A DNA stretch of 64,000 nucleotides from an uncultured Candidatus Saccharibacteria bacterium (GTDB taxonomy: Bacteria; Patescibacteriota; Minisyncoccia; 2-02-FULL-40-12; GWA2-44-9), in assembly GCA_964356795.1 (NCBI GenBank), contig CAYHIK010000001.1, forward strand, positions 3,111 to 67,110, given 5' to 3'. Below the pieces are notes generated by a model. The model ran no database searches and was not told the DNA's origin. It saw only the letters and a program-made list of their open reading frames with translations. Shown here one piece after another: positions 37,685-48,154 of the stretch (positions are counted from its first letter, which is position 1; the number at the start of each line of letters is the position of its first letter). A program made the position numbers and the translations under genes.

Positions 37685-40372
37685 CTACGCGCCGTGGCAC
37701 TTCTTGTATTTCTTTCCACTACCACAGGGGCAGGGGTCGTTGCGGCCGATGTGCTCGCTGTGAATTTCCGATTCCGATGCGCCCGCATCGCCTGATTGAA
37801 GCGATGCGATTGGCTTCTCGCCAGAAATATCGGGGCGGAGCTCGATAACATTCTTCGGTCGCTCATCGTGCATCACCTGCACACGGAATATGACGCTCGC
37901 AACGCGGGCGGCAACACTTGCGAGCAGTTGCACGTACATCTGCTGAGATTCGATTTTGTATTCAACTAAGGGGTCTCGCTGACCATACGCGCGAAGACGC
38001 ACCGACTCTCGCAAGTATTCCATCGCCTCGATGTGGTCTACCCACACATCATCAATCGTGCGCAAGATGACCGCTGTCTCAATCTGTCGTAGTTGCTCTG
38101 CACCGACGCGCTGTTCGTGGACACCATAGAGACGCTCAATTTCATCCTGCAAAAACGCGATAAGCTCTTCAGGGTCAGCGACACCACTCGAAGTGCAGTC
38201 AAGAAGTAATTGGTGAAGAGAATCCTCAAATGGAGCAACCGCTTTGCACGCTTCGGTAATTTCTTCGGTGTTGACCTCGCCCGTCTCAGCGCTCACATGA
38301 GCGCGCACGACATGCTCAACCTGCGACTGGAGGTAGTCAACGACTCGGTCGCGACTACTCGCACCCATGAGCACCTCGCGACGAAGCGCGTACATCGTCT
38401 CGCGATGCTTGTTCATCACATCGTCATACTCGAGCACGTATTTGCGCATATCGAAGTTGTGTCCCTCGATGCGACTCTGCGCTTGCGCAATTGAGCTTGA
38501 AACAAAACGATTCTCGATGACATCTTCATCGGTCACGCCAAGCGTATTCATCATATTGGTGAGTCGGTCTCCACCGAAGATTCTCACGAGCTCGTCTTGC
38601 GTTGATACGAAGAATTGACTCGCGCCTGGATCCCCTTGTCGGCCCGCACGGCCACGAAGCTGGTCATCAATACGGCGAGCTTCATGACGCTCAGTACCAA
38701 ACACCGCAAGCCCACCGAGCTCGCGTACACGAATAGCTTCTGCCTCATCGACAGGATTTCCACCTAAGATAATATCGACACCACGACCAGCCATGTTGGT
38801 GGCGACCGTGACTGCACCCACCCTGCCTGCCTGCGCAATGATTTCGGCCTCACGCTCGTGGTTCTTTGCATTGAGCATTTGGTGACGCACGCCTGAACGC
38901 GTAAGCAACAACGAGAGCGTCTCGTTCTTTTCGATAGAGACCGTACCTACCAGCACCGGCTGACCGGTTTCATTTCTCTTTTTGATTTCTTCCGCGAGTG
39001 CGCGAAACTTCCCCTCTTCGGTTTTATAAATTCGGTCGGGTAAATCCTTGCGAACCATCGGCTTGTTGGTGGGCACGATGACGACATCAAGCTTATATAC
39101 TTTGTGGAATTCTTCTGCGGATGTGCGGGCGGTTCCCGTCATGCCTGAAAGCTTCGTGTAGAGACGGAAGTAATTCTGGAATGTCACCGTCGCAAGCGTG
39201 CGACTCTCGCGCTGAACCTTGACGCCTTCCTTTGCCTCGATTGCTTGATGAAGTCCATCTGACCAGCGACGGCCCGGCATAAGGCGACCCGTGAACTCAT
39301 CGACGATAATCACCTCGTCATTCTTCACCACGTAGTCGCGGTCGAGCTTGAAGAGCACCTGAGCACGAAGCGCCTGCTCGAGGTGATGCACATACCGAGC
39401 GCCACCCTCTTCATAGATATTGGCGATACCCATACGTCCCTGAACTTTTTCTATTCCTGCATCCGTGATACTGACAGCCTTGAGTTTTTCGTCGATATTG
39501 TAATCTTCGCCCTCTTTCAGGTGTGGTACGACGCGAGAAAATGATGCGTAGAGTTGTCCTGATTCTTCGTCGGGACTTGAGATGATGAGCGGGGTGCGCG
39601 CTTCATCGATAAGAATTGAGTCGACTTCGTCGACGATGGCAAAATGATGAGTATGCTCGGGGCGCTGTGCCATCGCGGACACCTGGCTCGCCATGTTATC
39701 GCGCAGATAATCGAATCCGTATTCGTTATTGGTTCCATAGGTGATATCTGCCTCGTATGCCTGCCTACGCTCTACGGGGCGAAGGAACTCATGCACCACA
39801 CGGAATGAGCCGGTCGCATCGCGCTCTTCATCGAGCGCCTCTTCCTGCTCTGGCTTCACGTGTGACGGATCGTAGAGATAACTCGAATCATGATTAAGGA
39901 CACCGACGCTCATGCCAAGCGCATAATAAATCTGGCCCATCCACGTCGCATCGCGACGACTGAGGTAGTCGTTCACAGTGACCACGTGCACGCCTTTGCC
40001 AGAAAGCGCATTCAGATACGCGGGAAGTGTCGCAACAAGCGTCTTTCCCTCTCCAGTGCCCATCTGCGCGATGGAACCGCGGTGCAACGCGATACCACCC
40101 ATCAACTGCACATCGAAGTGGCGCTTCCCCGATACGCGTCGAGATACCTCGCGCACCGCGGCAAATGCCTCGGGGAGAATATCGTTGAGGGTTTCCCCCT
40201 CGCTGAGGCGTGCCTTAAAAATCTTCGACAACTCTCGAAGCTCGATATCGGTGCGGGCGCGCATACCCTCTTCGTGGCCGTTGATAGCCGCTACGGTGGG
40301 CTGCATCGCTCGAATGGTTCGAGCGTTTGCGTCGGGAAATAGTTTTGAGATGAATTCAAACATGAGATGCAT
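37685..40372 (-). CDS. secA: preprotein translocase ATPase SecA
   Basis: 895 aa with DEAD-motor motifs (MGTGEGKTLVATLPAYLNAL, DEVDSILIDEARTPLIIS) and a C-terminal zinc finger CPCGSGKKYKKCHG. Confidence 0.9.
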   Translation of the reverse strand: MHLMFEFISKLFPDANARTIRAMQPTVAAINGHEEGMRARTDIELRELSKIFKARLSEGETLNDILPEAFAAVREVSRRVSGKRHFDVQLMGGIALHRGSIAQMGTGEGKTLVATLPAYLNALSGKGVHVVTVNDYLSRRDATWMGQIYYALGMSVGVLNHDSSYLYDPSHVKPEQEEALDEERDATGSFRVVHEFLRPVERRQAYEADITYGTNNEYGFDYLRDNMASQVSAMAQRPEHTHHFAIVDEVDSILIDEARTPLIISSPDEESGQLYASFSRVVPHLKEGEDYNIDEKLKAVSITDAGIEKVQGRMGIANIYEEGGARYVHHLEQALRAQVLFKLDRDYVVKNDEVIIVDEFTGRLMPGRRWSDGLHQAIEAKEGVKVQRESRTLATVTFQNYFRLYTKLSGMTGTARTSAEEFHKVYKLDVVIVPTNKPMVRKDLPDRIYKTEEGKFRALAEEIKKRNETGQPVLVGTVSIEKNETLSLLLTRSGVRHQMLNAKNHEREAEIIAQAGRVGAVTVATNMAGRGVDIILGGNPVDEAEAIRVRELGGLAVFGTERHEARRIDDQLRGRAGRQGDPGASQFFVSTQDELVRIFGGDRLTNMMNTLGVTDEDVIENRFVSSSIAQAQSRIEGHNFDMRKYVLEYDDVMNKHRETMYALRREVLMGASSRDRVVDYLQSQVEHVVRAHVSAETGEVNTEEITEACKAVAPFEDSLHQLLLDCTSSGVADPEELIAFLQDEIERLYGVHEQRVGAEQLRQIETAVILRTIDDVWVDHIEAMEYLRESVRLRAYGQRDPLVEYKIESQQMYVQLLASVAARVASVIFRVQVMHDERPKNVIELRPDISGEKPIASLQSGDAGASESEIHSEHIGRNDPCPCGSGKKYKKCHGA

Positions 40373-40399
40373 GTCGCCTGCGGTGCAGGCGACGTATAC

Positions 40400-40732
40400 C
40401 TACTCTTCCGAGGGCTTCCGCTGGGCGTCTGAGTGCTTTTCTTTGACCTTTTTAATCTGCACCTTCATCGCATCCTTGGCATCAACGATTGCTGCATGGA
40501 GGTCGTAGTTATTCGACTCAGTGCGAAGAAGTTGACCTGGAATTGAGATATTGATTTCAGCGTAATAGATGGCTCCACTCTGATGATGATTCGATGGAAT
40601 CGAAACTTCGACACGTGCACTCGCCTCACCCATTTCTCCGATAAGATGCTCGAGATCTGCGACTTTCTCCTCAATAAATGCGCGGAGCGGGGCGTTAAGC
40701 TCGATATTTTTCGCGTGAATATCAATATTCAT
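40400..40732 (-). CDS. hpf: ribosome hibernation promoting factor (short HPF/RaiA)
   Basis: MNIDIHAKNIELNAPLRAFIEEKV, an S30AE-family N-terminus; 110 aa. Confidence 0.7.
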   Translation of the reverse strand: MNIDIHAKNIELNAPLRAFIEEKVADLEHLIGEMGEASARVEVSIPSNHHQSGAIYYAEINISIPGQLLRTESNNYDLHAAIVDAKDAMKVQIKKVKEKHSDAQRKPSEE

Positions 40733-40773
40733 AGTATCTATATTATACGCTTTTTCCTTTGATTTTTCAACCG

Positions 40774-42525
40774 CTACCGCAGGATATCAGCACCCGTCGC
40801 ATACCATGAAACCTCTGCATCGTTCACCGTGAATATCGCTCCCCAGTCTCGACCTGAGGCGTCCCACTGGGTTGCAGTGATGTTCATCCAGTGCTTCGTG
40901 CCATCCGGCCACACCGCATATACTTTTTTCTGGCTTTGCGCACGCACGTAGTTGCTCGTGGTGTATCGGGCGAAGATATCGTCAGGCACTTCTATTACCG
41001 GCCTCGACTCAAATCCATACAACTCAAGCACGCCCCTCGGAAGATAGCGCCGATACGCGCCCCACACGACATAAACCTCATCCTGCCCCGCACGACGAAT
41101 TAAATCACCATCAGAAAGTTGCACGTATTGTGGGGCGGGCACATTTGGAGTCGGAGTCGGACTCTGCGCTATATTCGTCGACACCAACGAAGCGTCACCT
41201 ATACCGACAGAGACTGACACCGCCCGCACATCAACACTCCGCGTCCCAACGGGTTGCATCGAACCATAGGATATCGCGACCGCGACGGATGTGAGCGGGA
41301 CTCCGCTTCGTTGAGCGGGTATGGGCACATCTGCTATACCCCCAACTGATACAAATGGCACTATCGAAATCTGCGAATTCTGATAGGTCCCAATCACAGC
41401 GCCACGCCACGCCACATCTGAAGCTCCCTGGATACGAATGCGAGCATCAGGATGAGATGCTGTGGTGTTCGTCATTATCGCCTTGAACCAAAGAGGCTGC
41501 CACTCTCGAACTGAATACGTGAAGTTTGCGCGCGTCGAAACATCGATAGTTGCCTGTAATGTCGGCGGAACATGAAGCGCCTGCAATCCACTTCGGATGT
41601 AGCCGTACTTTGAATTGGTTGTTCGATCGTTGAGATATGATGCAACCATCCAGTCGACAAACACGTCACCAAATGAGCGAGCCTCCCCGCCTTGGCGAAG
41701 CGCCGACTCCACCGCCGAAACTCCTGCCATATCGTTGTGCATCGAATTCGCAATGACATCGGCTCCATAGTGATCCACAATATAATGCGCAAAGAGCGAA
41801 GCGACGGCATAATCATTCGACGTGTTGGGCCACTCTACGAGCGAGTCGGAAGGTGACTGCGCAAACGTATCCATCCGACGCTGAAGCGTACTTCCTCCAA
41901 ATGGCTCGCTGTACCCGGCCAGCGTGATTGCGTATTCACTGCGCGCCTCGTTGAGCCACACGTCATCCATGACATCACGCAAAAGTTCTTTCTGATTAAA
42001 TGAGATGAGATGCTGGAACTCATGCACGAGAAATGTCTTCGCATTCCCCGTGAGCGCGCTCTCTGCGCTGACAAATATCATCTCGCGCGCATTACTCGCC
42101 GATGCCCGCTCTTGTGAGTAGTTGTGGATCGTCTCAAAGTACCCACCGCTCCCGCCCACAAGGCGCTCGAGGAGAATGACTACGTGCGGATCTCCGTCAA
42201 CGCCAGGGTTTGCCTCTTTACCCCAAAATTCCGTGGAGCGAGGATAGATGACAGCATCGAATTCATTCGCAAGCGTTGTAAGATTCGCCGCGTAGCGTTG
42301 CTGCTGATCAAATGGGAGCGATGACCAATATCGATCGTCAACATAAAAATATGCGTGCTGGCTCACGTTCCGAAGCGTGGCAGAAAGAGTGTTCGCGCCG
42401 CTCGCATCGTAGAGTACGTTTACTCGAAATGTCTGAATTTGACCAAGTGTATCGGCATACACAGCCCGAGCGCCACTCAAAAAGAGCGTAAGTATGAGGC
42501 CGGTAGCAACAACGTATCGCTTCAT
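40774..42525 (-). CDS. secreted zincin-like metallopeptidase (HExxH), 583 aa
   Basis: Signal peptide MKRYVVATGLILTLFLSGARAVYA and an FLVHEFQHLISF motif. The C-terminal region is beta-rich. Confidence 0.4.
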   Translation of the reverse strand: MKRYVVATGLILTLFLSGARAVYADTLGQIQTFRVNVLYDASGANTLSATLRNVSQHAYFYVDDRYWSSLPFDQQQRYAANLTTLANEFDAVIYPRSTEFWGKEANPGVDGDPHVVILLERLVGGSGGYFETIHNYSQERASASNAREMIFVSAESALTGNAKTFLVHEFQHLISFNQKELLRDVMDDVWLNEARSEYAITLAGYSEPFGGSTLQRRMDTFAQSPSDSLVEWPNTSNDYAVASLFAHYIVDHYGADVIANSMHNDMAGVSAVESALRQGGEARSFGDVFVDWMVASYLNDRTTNSKYGYIRSGLQALHVPPTLQATIDVSTRANFTYSVREWQPLWFKAIMTNTTASHPDARIRIQGASDVAWRGAVIGTYQNSQISIVPFVSVGGIADVPIPAQRSGVPLTSVAVAISYGSMQPVGTRSVDVRAVSVSVGIGDASLVSTNIAQSPTPTPNVPAPQYVQLSDGDLIRRAGQDEVYVVWGAYRRYLPRGVLELYGFESRPVIEVPDDIFARYTTSNYVRAQSQKKVYAVWPDGTKHWMNITATQWDASGRDWGAIFTVNDAEVSWYATGADILR

Positions 42526-42581
42526 GCGTACAGCATAGCAAAATAGCCATCCCCGTTCGAGCTTCTTTCCACAGGCAGAGT

Positions 42582-42610
42582 TTGACTAATTAGCAGTTTA
42601 TCTATATAAT
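42582..42610 (+). promoter_or_regulatory. consensus sigma70 promoter TTGACT-N17-TATAAT giving a (near-)leaderless transcript of the sugar transferase gene
   Basis: TTGACT at 42582-42587, a 17-nt spacer, TATAAT at 42605-42610. The ATG at 42621 lies only about 3-4 nt from the predicted +1. Confidence 0.55.
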
Positions 42611-42620
42611 ATAGTATCCT

Positions 42621-43985
42621 ATGAGGAAGATTTCCCTCTTATTTTCTGACTTTTTGGCATTTTATGGGGCTCTAGCGCTCATACTTTTGGCACGATATGG
42701 CGCCTCCCAATGGTCTAACCAGTGGGATGTCCACGTCGCGCCATTCTCGATTTTGCTCGTGGTATGGATTTTTGCACTCTACATCGCAAATCTCTATGAA
42801 CAGCGCACCATGCGTAATGACCGTGCGTTCTTCGAGCGACTCGCCCAGGCAATGACCGTTGCAACCATTGCGTCGATTATCTTCTTCTATCTTATCCCTA
42901 CGTTCGGCATCGCCCCAAAGCTAAACCTATTCTTGTTCCTCATCACACTCGCCGCGCTCATGTGGGCGATCCGACTCGGCTACAACCGCGTACTCGCATC
43001 GGGCTCAAAGAAAAACATCCTCGTCGTTGGCCATAATCAAGAATCACTTGAGCTTGTTCAGTTCATTTCCGAAAATCCCCAGTTCGGATACCGTGTTGCG
43101 GGAATCCTCCGCATCGGCCAGCATGAGCTCCCACTCGATGAACGCCCCATCTTGTGCCCCATCATCGAATCTCTCCAGGACGCGCCTGCGTTCATCGACA
43201 CAGAAGATATTGCGCTTGTCGTCATTAGCCCGTCAGCGTATGCGATGCGGGAAGTGGTAGACCTCTTCTTTGGCACGCTTTCCCAGCGCGTCGACTTCAC
43301 GAAGCTCGCCACATTCACCGAGACACTCACCGGCACCGTGCCATTGGGAGCCATCGACCAAACATGGTTCCTCGACAATATCTCGCAACACTCTCGTCGT
43401 GCATTCGACGTCATCAAGCGCGCCACGGATATCGCAGCCGTCGTCGTGCTTGGAATTCCAACGCTCGCGATACTACCATTCGTAGCGCTTGCAATTTATG
43501 CCGAATCCCCGGGCCCCATCTTCTTCACCAATCGACGCACTGGCCGAGGCGGTAAGCCGTTTGATATGTTGAAGTTCCGCTCCATGCGACCCGACGCTGA
43601 ACGCACCACCGGTGCTGTGTGGGCATCACAGAACGACCCCCGCGTAACCCGCGTCGGCAAATTCCTTCGCACCACTCGAATTGATGAACTCCCTCAACTC
43701 GTCAACATTCTCCGCGGAGAAATGTCCCTTGTTGGTCCGCGAGCAGAACGCCCAGAATTCGACTCTCAACTCGCTACCCAAATCCCCTTCTATCGAGAGC
43801 GCTATCTCATCAAACCAGGACTCTCAGGTTGGGCACAAATTAACTACCCGTATGGGTCTTCCGTGCAGGACGCGGAGCATAAGCTCGAGTACGATCTCTA
43901 CTATATCAAGCATCGTTCACTCGTGCTTGATGTCGAGATTATCCTCAAAACAATCAATATCTCGATTCGACGGGCGGGGCGCTAG
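42621..43985 (+). CDS. polyprenyl-phosphate sugar phosphotransferase (bacterial sugar transferase/WbaP family)
   Basis: N-terminal TM helices and a C-terminal DELPQLVNILRGEMSLVGPR...PGLSGWAQ signature. Confidence 0.8.
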   Translation: MRKISLLFSDFLAFYGALALILLARYGASQWSNQWDVHVAPFSILLVVWIFALYIANLYEQRTMRNDRAFFERLAQAMTVATIASIIFFYLIPTFGIAPKLNLFLFLITLAALMWAIRLGYNRVLASGSKKNILVVGHNQESLELVQFISENPQFGYRVAGILRIGQHELPLDERPILCPIIESLQDAPAFIDTEDIALVVISPSAYAMREVVDLFFGTLSQRVDFTKLATFTETLTGTVPLGAIDQTWFLDNISQHSRRAFDVIKRATDIAAVVVLGIPTLAILPFVALAIYAESPGPIFFTNRRTGRGGKPFDMLKFRSMRPDAERTTGAVWASQNDPRVTRVGKFLRTTRIDELPQLVNILRGEMSLVGPRAERPEFDSQLATQIPFYRERYLIKPGLSGWAQINYPYGSSVQDAEHKLEYDLYYIKHRSLVLDVEIILKTINISIRRAGR

Positions 43986-46255
43986 GGGCGACCGCCAAGA
44001 GAAATGATGAATTGCGTTGCTGCGTCAATCACCGCCTGATCACCATTCGCCAGCTCAATCACCTTACGCGCCGCAGTAATCGCATCTTGAACCCTACCAA
44101 GATTGGCATAGGTATCTGCGAGTAACCTCATATACTCAAGATTCGCGGGGAAATTTTTCACCATGAGCTCAAGTACTTGGGCCGCGTTTGCCATATCGTT
44201 GAGTCGAAGATGAGTATCGAGCAGCCGCTGCGCATCCTCCTCGCTCATTGCGTATCCCTTGTTCACGGCCATCGTCATTAATTTTGCAGCATCCTTGAGA
44301 ATCACCGGGTCATTCCCCTTGCCCGCCATCGCAAGCCGTACGGAACCAAGATACCAATATGAAACTCCCACCTCTGGTTGTAGGTCTACTGCTTTCTTGA
44401 ACCACTGGTATGCCGAGAGATAGTCGGCCTTGTTGAGATACACCTGCGCAATTTCATAATACGTGCGCACAAAGGTTGGGCTAATATCGAGCGCCTTCAT
44501 AGATTGCTCGAGTGCCATGTCGTTGTACGGACTCTTAGAGCTTGTGGAGCCCAGCGTACTATACACGCGCGAGAGGTAGAGGTAGGGCAAGTAGTCGAGC
44601 GGATTCTCCTGGATATTCTTTTTTACATCCTCCGCGACGCGCAGAGAAACTTTCTCAAAATCTGGAATCTTGGAAATATCAGTTGTAGAACCAAGTTCGA
44701 GCAAGTACTGCGCGAAGCGATGGCGATATTCGTATCGTCCAGGCACATCGTACTCAATCGCTTCTCGGTATTTATTCACCGCGCCAACCCAATCGCCGTC
44801 CCAACTCGCAACAATCGCGCGAGTTGAGGCATAGTTCGCAAACGATGGCCGCACATTTGTGCCATACACGAATAGCGCCGTAACGATAGCCAGGAGTCCC
44901 GCAACGAATATCTGCGGAGCGGACCACGACACACGCCGAGCAATCTTGAGCGGGGCAGCATCGACGGAGCGCCACGCAACGTGAATGACGTACCCAAGCA
45001 ACGTGAAGAACGTGATGAAATTGGCGCTCGTATCGAAGATAAAGGAATTGTGCACGACGTAGGCAATCGTCATCGCAGTAAATCCAATACCAAGCACACG
45101 CTCATCGCCACCACGCTTCATCATGTGAGCCAACGCGATAAAGAGCATCGCAAACATCGAGAGATATGAGAGCAACCCCACCAGACCCATCGTCACGAGC
45201 ACCTCCATAAACATATTATGGGCGCGATCAAAGAAAGTCTCCGATCCTGGTCCATTGAAGAACTTCGGATTGAAGTGCTTGCTAAACGGTATATTGAAGT
45301 TTTCCGGACCCCAGCCGACGAGCATCGTCTTCGGGCTTTCGCTCCATCCCTTAAGCCCCGCTGACCATGCCCAAAAACGAGTTTGCACGGTAAAGGTACT
45401 CGAAGAGAAATCGGTTACACGACGCAAGTACGGCGAATTCTGTACGAGTGAGGTCGGGCGAAGTGCAAGCCCGAGGAATACGAACACGATAACGCTCGTC
45501 AATCCTCCGAGAAGCAACTTCTTCGCAAGCTTGCTCCGATTGAGTACACTCCAGAGAAGGGCCCAGCTAATACCACCCAAGACAATACCAATGAGCGATC
45601 CGCGGACAGCGGTCGAAATAACCGCTCCAAGCATGAGGGCGGCCGCGCCTCGATACCATATCCTCCAATTCTTCGTCGTGCGACTCATGAATGACATCGT
45701 GAGCGCTAAAAATGCAACAAGAATCTGATATCCCGCAAAGAGCGCCGTGTTCCCAATAGTTCCGAAAATTCTCGCTCTTCCCCCGCCACCCATAATAAAG
45801 CTCAAGTCGGTCTTCTGGAGCACGCCGTACATTGCTGAAAGAAAACCAACGCCCACAAAAAGATTCAAAAGAATATCCCAATCATTGCGCGTTCGCACCA
45901 CAGAAACGAGCATCACTAGGTACGCCACATAGTGCCAAAAAGTGAACAGGCCACCCATACGCTCGAGCGTGCCCCAGAAACTCTGGAGAAATGCCACAGA
46001 TGTTGCGGTGGTGAGCGAGAATGCGGCCGCAAATGCAAGGAACGCCCACAGAATCGGGTGGCCTTTCGGTAAATAGCTCCGATCACGCCATACCAGCAAG
46101 GCGTAGAGCGGAATCATGATTTGAACGATGCTTCGAAATATAACCACCTTTCCGAAATGGAACGGCGAAACGTACTGACTAAAAATAATCAGCGGTACAA
46201 ACGCGATTGCGTAGATTGCATAGCGCAAGCACCGAGAGAGGAATGATTCGTTCAT
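43982..46255 (-). CDS. Wzy/O-antigen-ligase-like polytopic membrane protein with C-terminal TPR repeats
   Basis: About 12 TM segments with a Wzy_C-like region, then a ~250 aa TPR-like helical repeat domain. Probable ATG at 46255 (MNESFLSR). Confidence 0.5.
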   Translation of the reverse strand: MNESFLSRCLRYAIYAIAFVPLIIFSQYVSPFHFGKVVIFRSIVQIMIPLYALLVWRDRSYLPKGHPILWAFLAFAAAFSLTTATSVAFLQSFWGTLERMGGLFTFWHYVAYLVMLVSVVRTRNDWDILLNLFVGVGFLSAMYGVLQKTDLSFIMGGGGRARIFGTIGNTALFAGYQILVAFLALTMSFMSRTTKNWRIWYRGAAALMLGAVISTAVRGSLIGIVLGGISWALLWSVLNRSKLAKKLLLGGLTSVIVFVFLGLALRPTSLVQNSPYLRRVTDFSSSTFTVQTRFWAWSAGLKGWSESPKTMLVGWGPENFNIPFSKHFNPKFFNGPGSETFFDRAHNMFMEVLVTMGLVGLLSYLSMFAMLFIALAHMMKRGGDERVLGIGFTAMTIAYVVHNSFIFDTSANFITFFTLLGYVIHVAWRSVDAAPLKIARRVSWSAPQIFVAGLLAIVTALFVYGTNVRPSFANYASTRAIVASWDGDWVGAVNKYREAIEYDVPGRYEYRHRFAQYLLELGSTTDISKIPDFEKVSLRVAEDVKKNIQENPLDYLPYLYLSRVYSTLGSTSSKSPYNDMALEQSMKALDISPTFVRTYYEIAQVYLNKADYLSAYQWFKKAVDLQPEVGVSYWYLGSVRLAMAGKGNDPVILKDAAKLMTMAVNKGYAMSEEDAQRLLDTHLRLNDMANAAQVLELMVKNFPANLEYMRLLADTYANLGRVQDAITAARKVIELANGDQAVIDAATQFIISLGGRP

Positions 46256-46271
46256 AGTGATATATTCTATT

Positions 46272-47537
46272 TTATTTGCACCCCCGAAGCAACGCACGCT
46301 CATACCACTCAAGTGCGCGTTGCGTGTGAATTGCTCGAGTAAAATGCGCTTCGACACGCTCGCGACCAGCAACGCCCATACGCTGTCGAAGCTCGTCATC
46401 GCCTAAGAGTTTCGAAATTGTTTCCGCCATTCCGTCGGCATCAAATGGATTCACCACAAAACCCGTAACACCATCGGCAATAATCTCCGGAGTCCCTCCA
46501 AAGCGTGTACCAACAACGGGCTTTCCCGCAGACATCGCTTGCATGACCATGAGCGGAGCTGGGTCGAAATAAATCGACGGCACCACAACAATGGTTGCAG
46601 CTGAAAACAATGCGGCACGCTCCCTTTCGTGGAGGAGATCGATGCAACGCAGGGCGTGAGATGCGCCCTTCTGTTCTGCGTAACGAATCAGGGAATCCCG
46701 ATACCCACCACGTTCAATTGCCATCACCACGAGAGCGCCTGGGTGAGACTTAAGCACCTGGGGAAGCGTATTGATGAGCACCTCGGACCCCTTATCCTGC
46801 ATGGCACGCCCTCCAAATAGCACGATGGGGCGATTCCCAAAACCAAGCCGCTCACGCAAAGCTACAACCTCGCTATCTGACGCCTGAAACTCAAGCGGCT
46901 CGACACCATTGTAGAGTGTCGTGACGTTCTGAATACCATTTTGGCGAAGCGCATTCCCCAGCGCATCCGAGACGGAAAAAATTGCATGCGCGCTTCGGAG
47001 CGACCGCCGGATACTCCACCTTCGAAATGGATTAAAGGCCTTCCCAACTTGGCGGATAGTAAACAGTATTGGGACGCGATAATCAAACGGACCACGCTGA
47101 TGCGCATTGCTCGAATCAATAAAGTGATAGAGACGCGTATACGCAAAACTCAACGTGTCATGCAGTGTAATGAACACGGGAATGCCAATCGCGTGAATCC
47201 ATCGAAGCGCCGCAAATGAAAAATGCTCGTGCACATTGTGGGCGTGCACAATATCCGGTTTGAGTTTTTGTATAATTGAAAGAGTCGCTGAGCGTATAAA
47301 TGGATTGTTTGCGGAAAGATACGAACGCACAAACTGTGATGTTCGTGGGGCATAGATTCGATGCACCGATATGCCCGCATACGTCGAAACGCCCTCGCCT
47401 TCCTTGTTCTGCGTCGTGGTAATCACATCTATGCTATGCCCGCGCGCCATCATGCCCGATGCCATGTCGAGGGCAACCTGTCCCGCGCCTCCCACACTTT
47501 CAGGCGCAAACGAATCGGTAATATATACAATCTTCAT
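46272..47537 (-). CDS. glycosyltransferase family 4
   Basis: MKIVYITDSFAPESVGGAGQV N-terminus and a GT4 C-terminal EX7E region (...FGGTPEII...). ATG at 47537. Confidence 0.75.
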   Translation of the reverse strand: MKIVYITDSFAPESVGGAGQVALDMASGMMARGHSIDVITTTQNKEGEGVSTYAGISVHRIYAPRTSQFVRSYLSANNPFIRSATLSIIQKLKPDIVHAHNVHEHFSFAALRWIHAIGIPVFITLHDTLSFAYTRLYHFIDSSNAHQRGPFDYRVPILFTIRQVGKAFNPFRRWSIRRSLRSAHAIFSVSDALGNALRQNGIQNVTTLYNGVEPLEFQASDSEVVALRERLGFGNRPIVLFGGRAMQDKGSEVLINTLPQVLKSHPGALVVMAIERGGYRDSLIRYAEQKGASHALRCIDLLHERERAALFSAATIVVVPSIYFDPAPLMVMQAMSAGKPVVGTRFGGTPEIIADGVTGFVVNPFDADGMAETISKLLGDDELRQRMGVAGRERVEAHFTRAIHTQRALEWYERALLRGCK

Positions 47538-48154
47538 TATTTCTTTTTCACAATGATGAAGCTGTCCGAAAACACCTTCCGGGGATGCGACCACTGATCA
47601 AACCAGAGAAGCGCGCCGTCGATTCGCCGCATTAACCCCTTTCGTATGCGCGACTGCTTCTTGTAGGGATCAAAGACGAGAAACTTCAGATATGAAGACA
47701 GAAGTGCCCATATGCCGCCATACACCCCCCTCTCTACAACATCGCACTGATGGCGCCGAGCGATAGCGCTCAATCCTTCGGGGGTGTACCGGAAAAAGTC
47801 GCCCGGATCTGCGTGCACAGGCTGGGTGAATGGCGCAGTAATAATCGCATGACCGCCAGAGCGCACCACGCGCGAAATCTCACTCATGAGCTGTTCGGGA
47901 TGAGGAACGTGTTCAAATACTTGATTACAAATGACCGTATCAAATTCCCCCTCTCCGAATGGCATATGCAAAACATCGCCCACGACGTCGACGCCGCCGC
48001 CTGCGGATGTATCGATGCATGTGTACGACGTGGCATGTTGAAGGATAAACGATTTGTATTTTGTCGCTGAGCCGCCACCCGCATCAAGTACCCGCCCAGA
48101 GATATATGCGCTTGCATGCACTAATACATCTCGCGTTGTGTGAATATTTTTCAT
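47537..48154 (-). CDS. class I SAM-dependent methyltransferase (type 11)
   Basis: VLDAGGGSATKY motif I and DTVICNQVFEHVPHPEQ. It is a paralogue of the MTs at 48151-48795 and 58314-58973. Confidence 0.7.
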   Translation of the reverse strand: MKNIHTTRDVLVHASAYISGRVLDAGGGSATKYKSFILQHATSYTCIDTSAGGGVDVVGDVLHMPFGEGEFDTVICNQVFEHVPHPEQLMSEISRVVRSGGHAIITAPFTQPVHADPGDFFRYTPEGLSAIARRHQCDVVERGVYGGIWALLSSYLKFLVFDPYKKQSRIRKGLMRRIDGALLWFDQWSHPRKVFSDSFIIVKKK

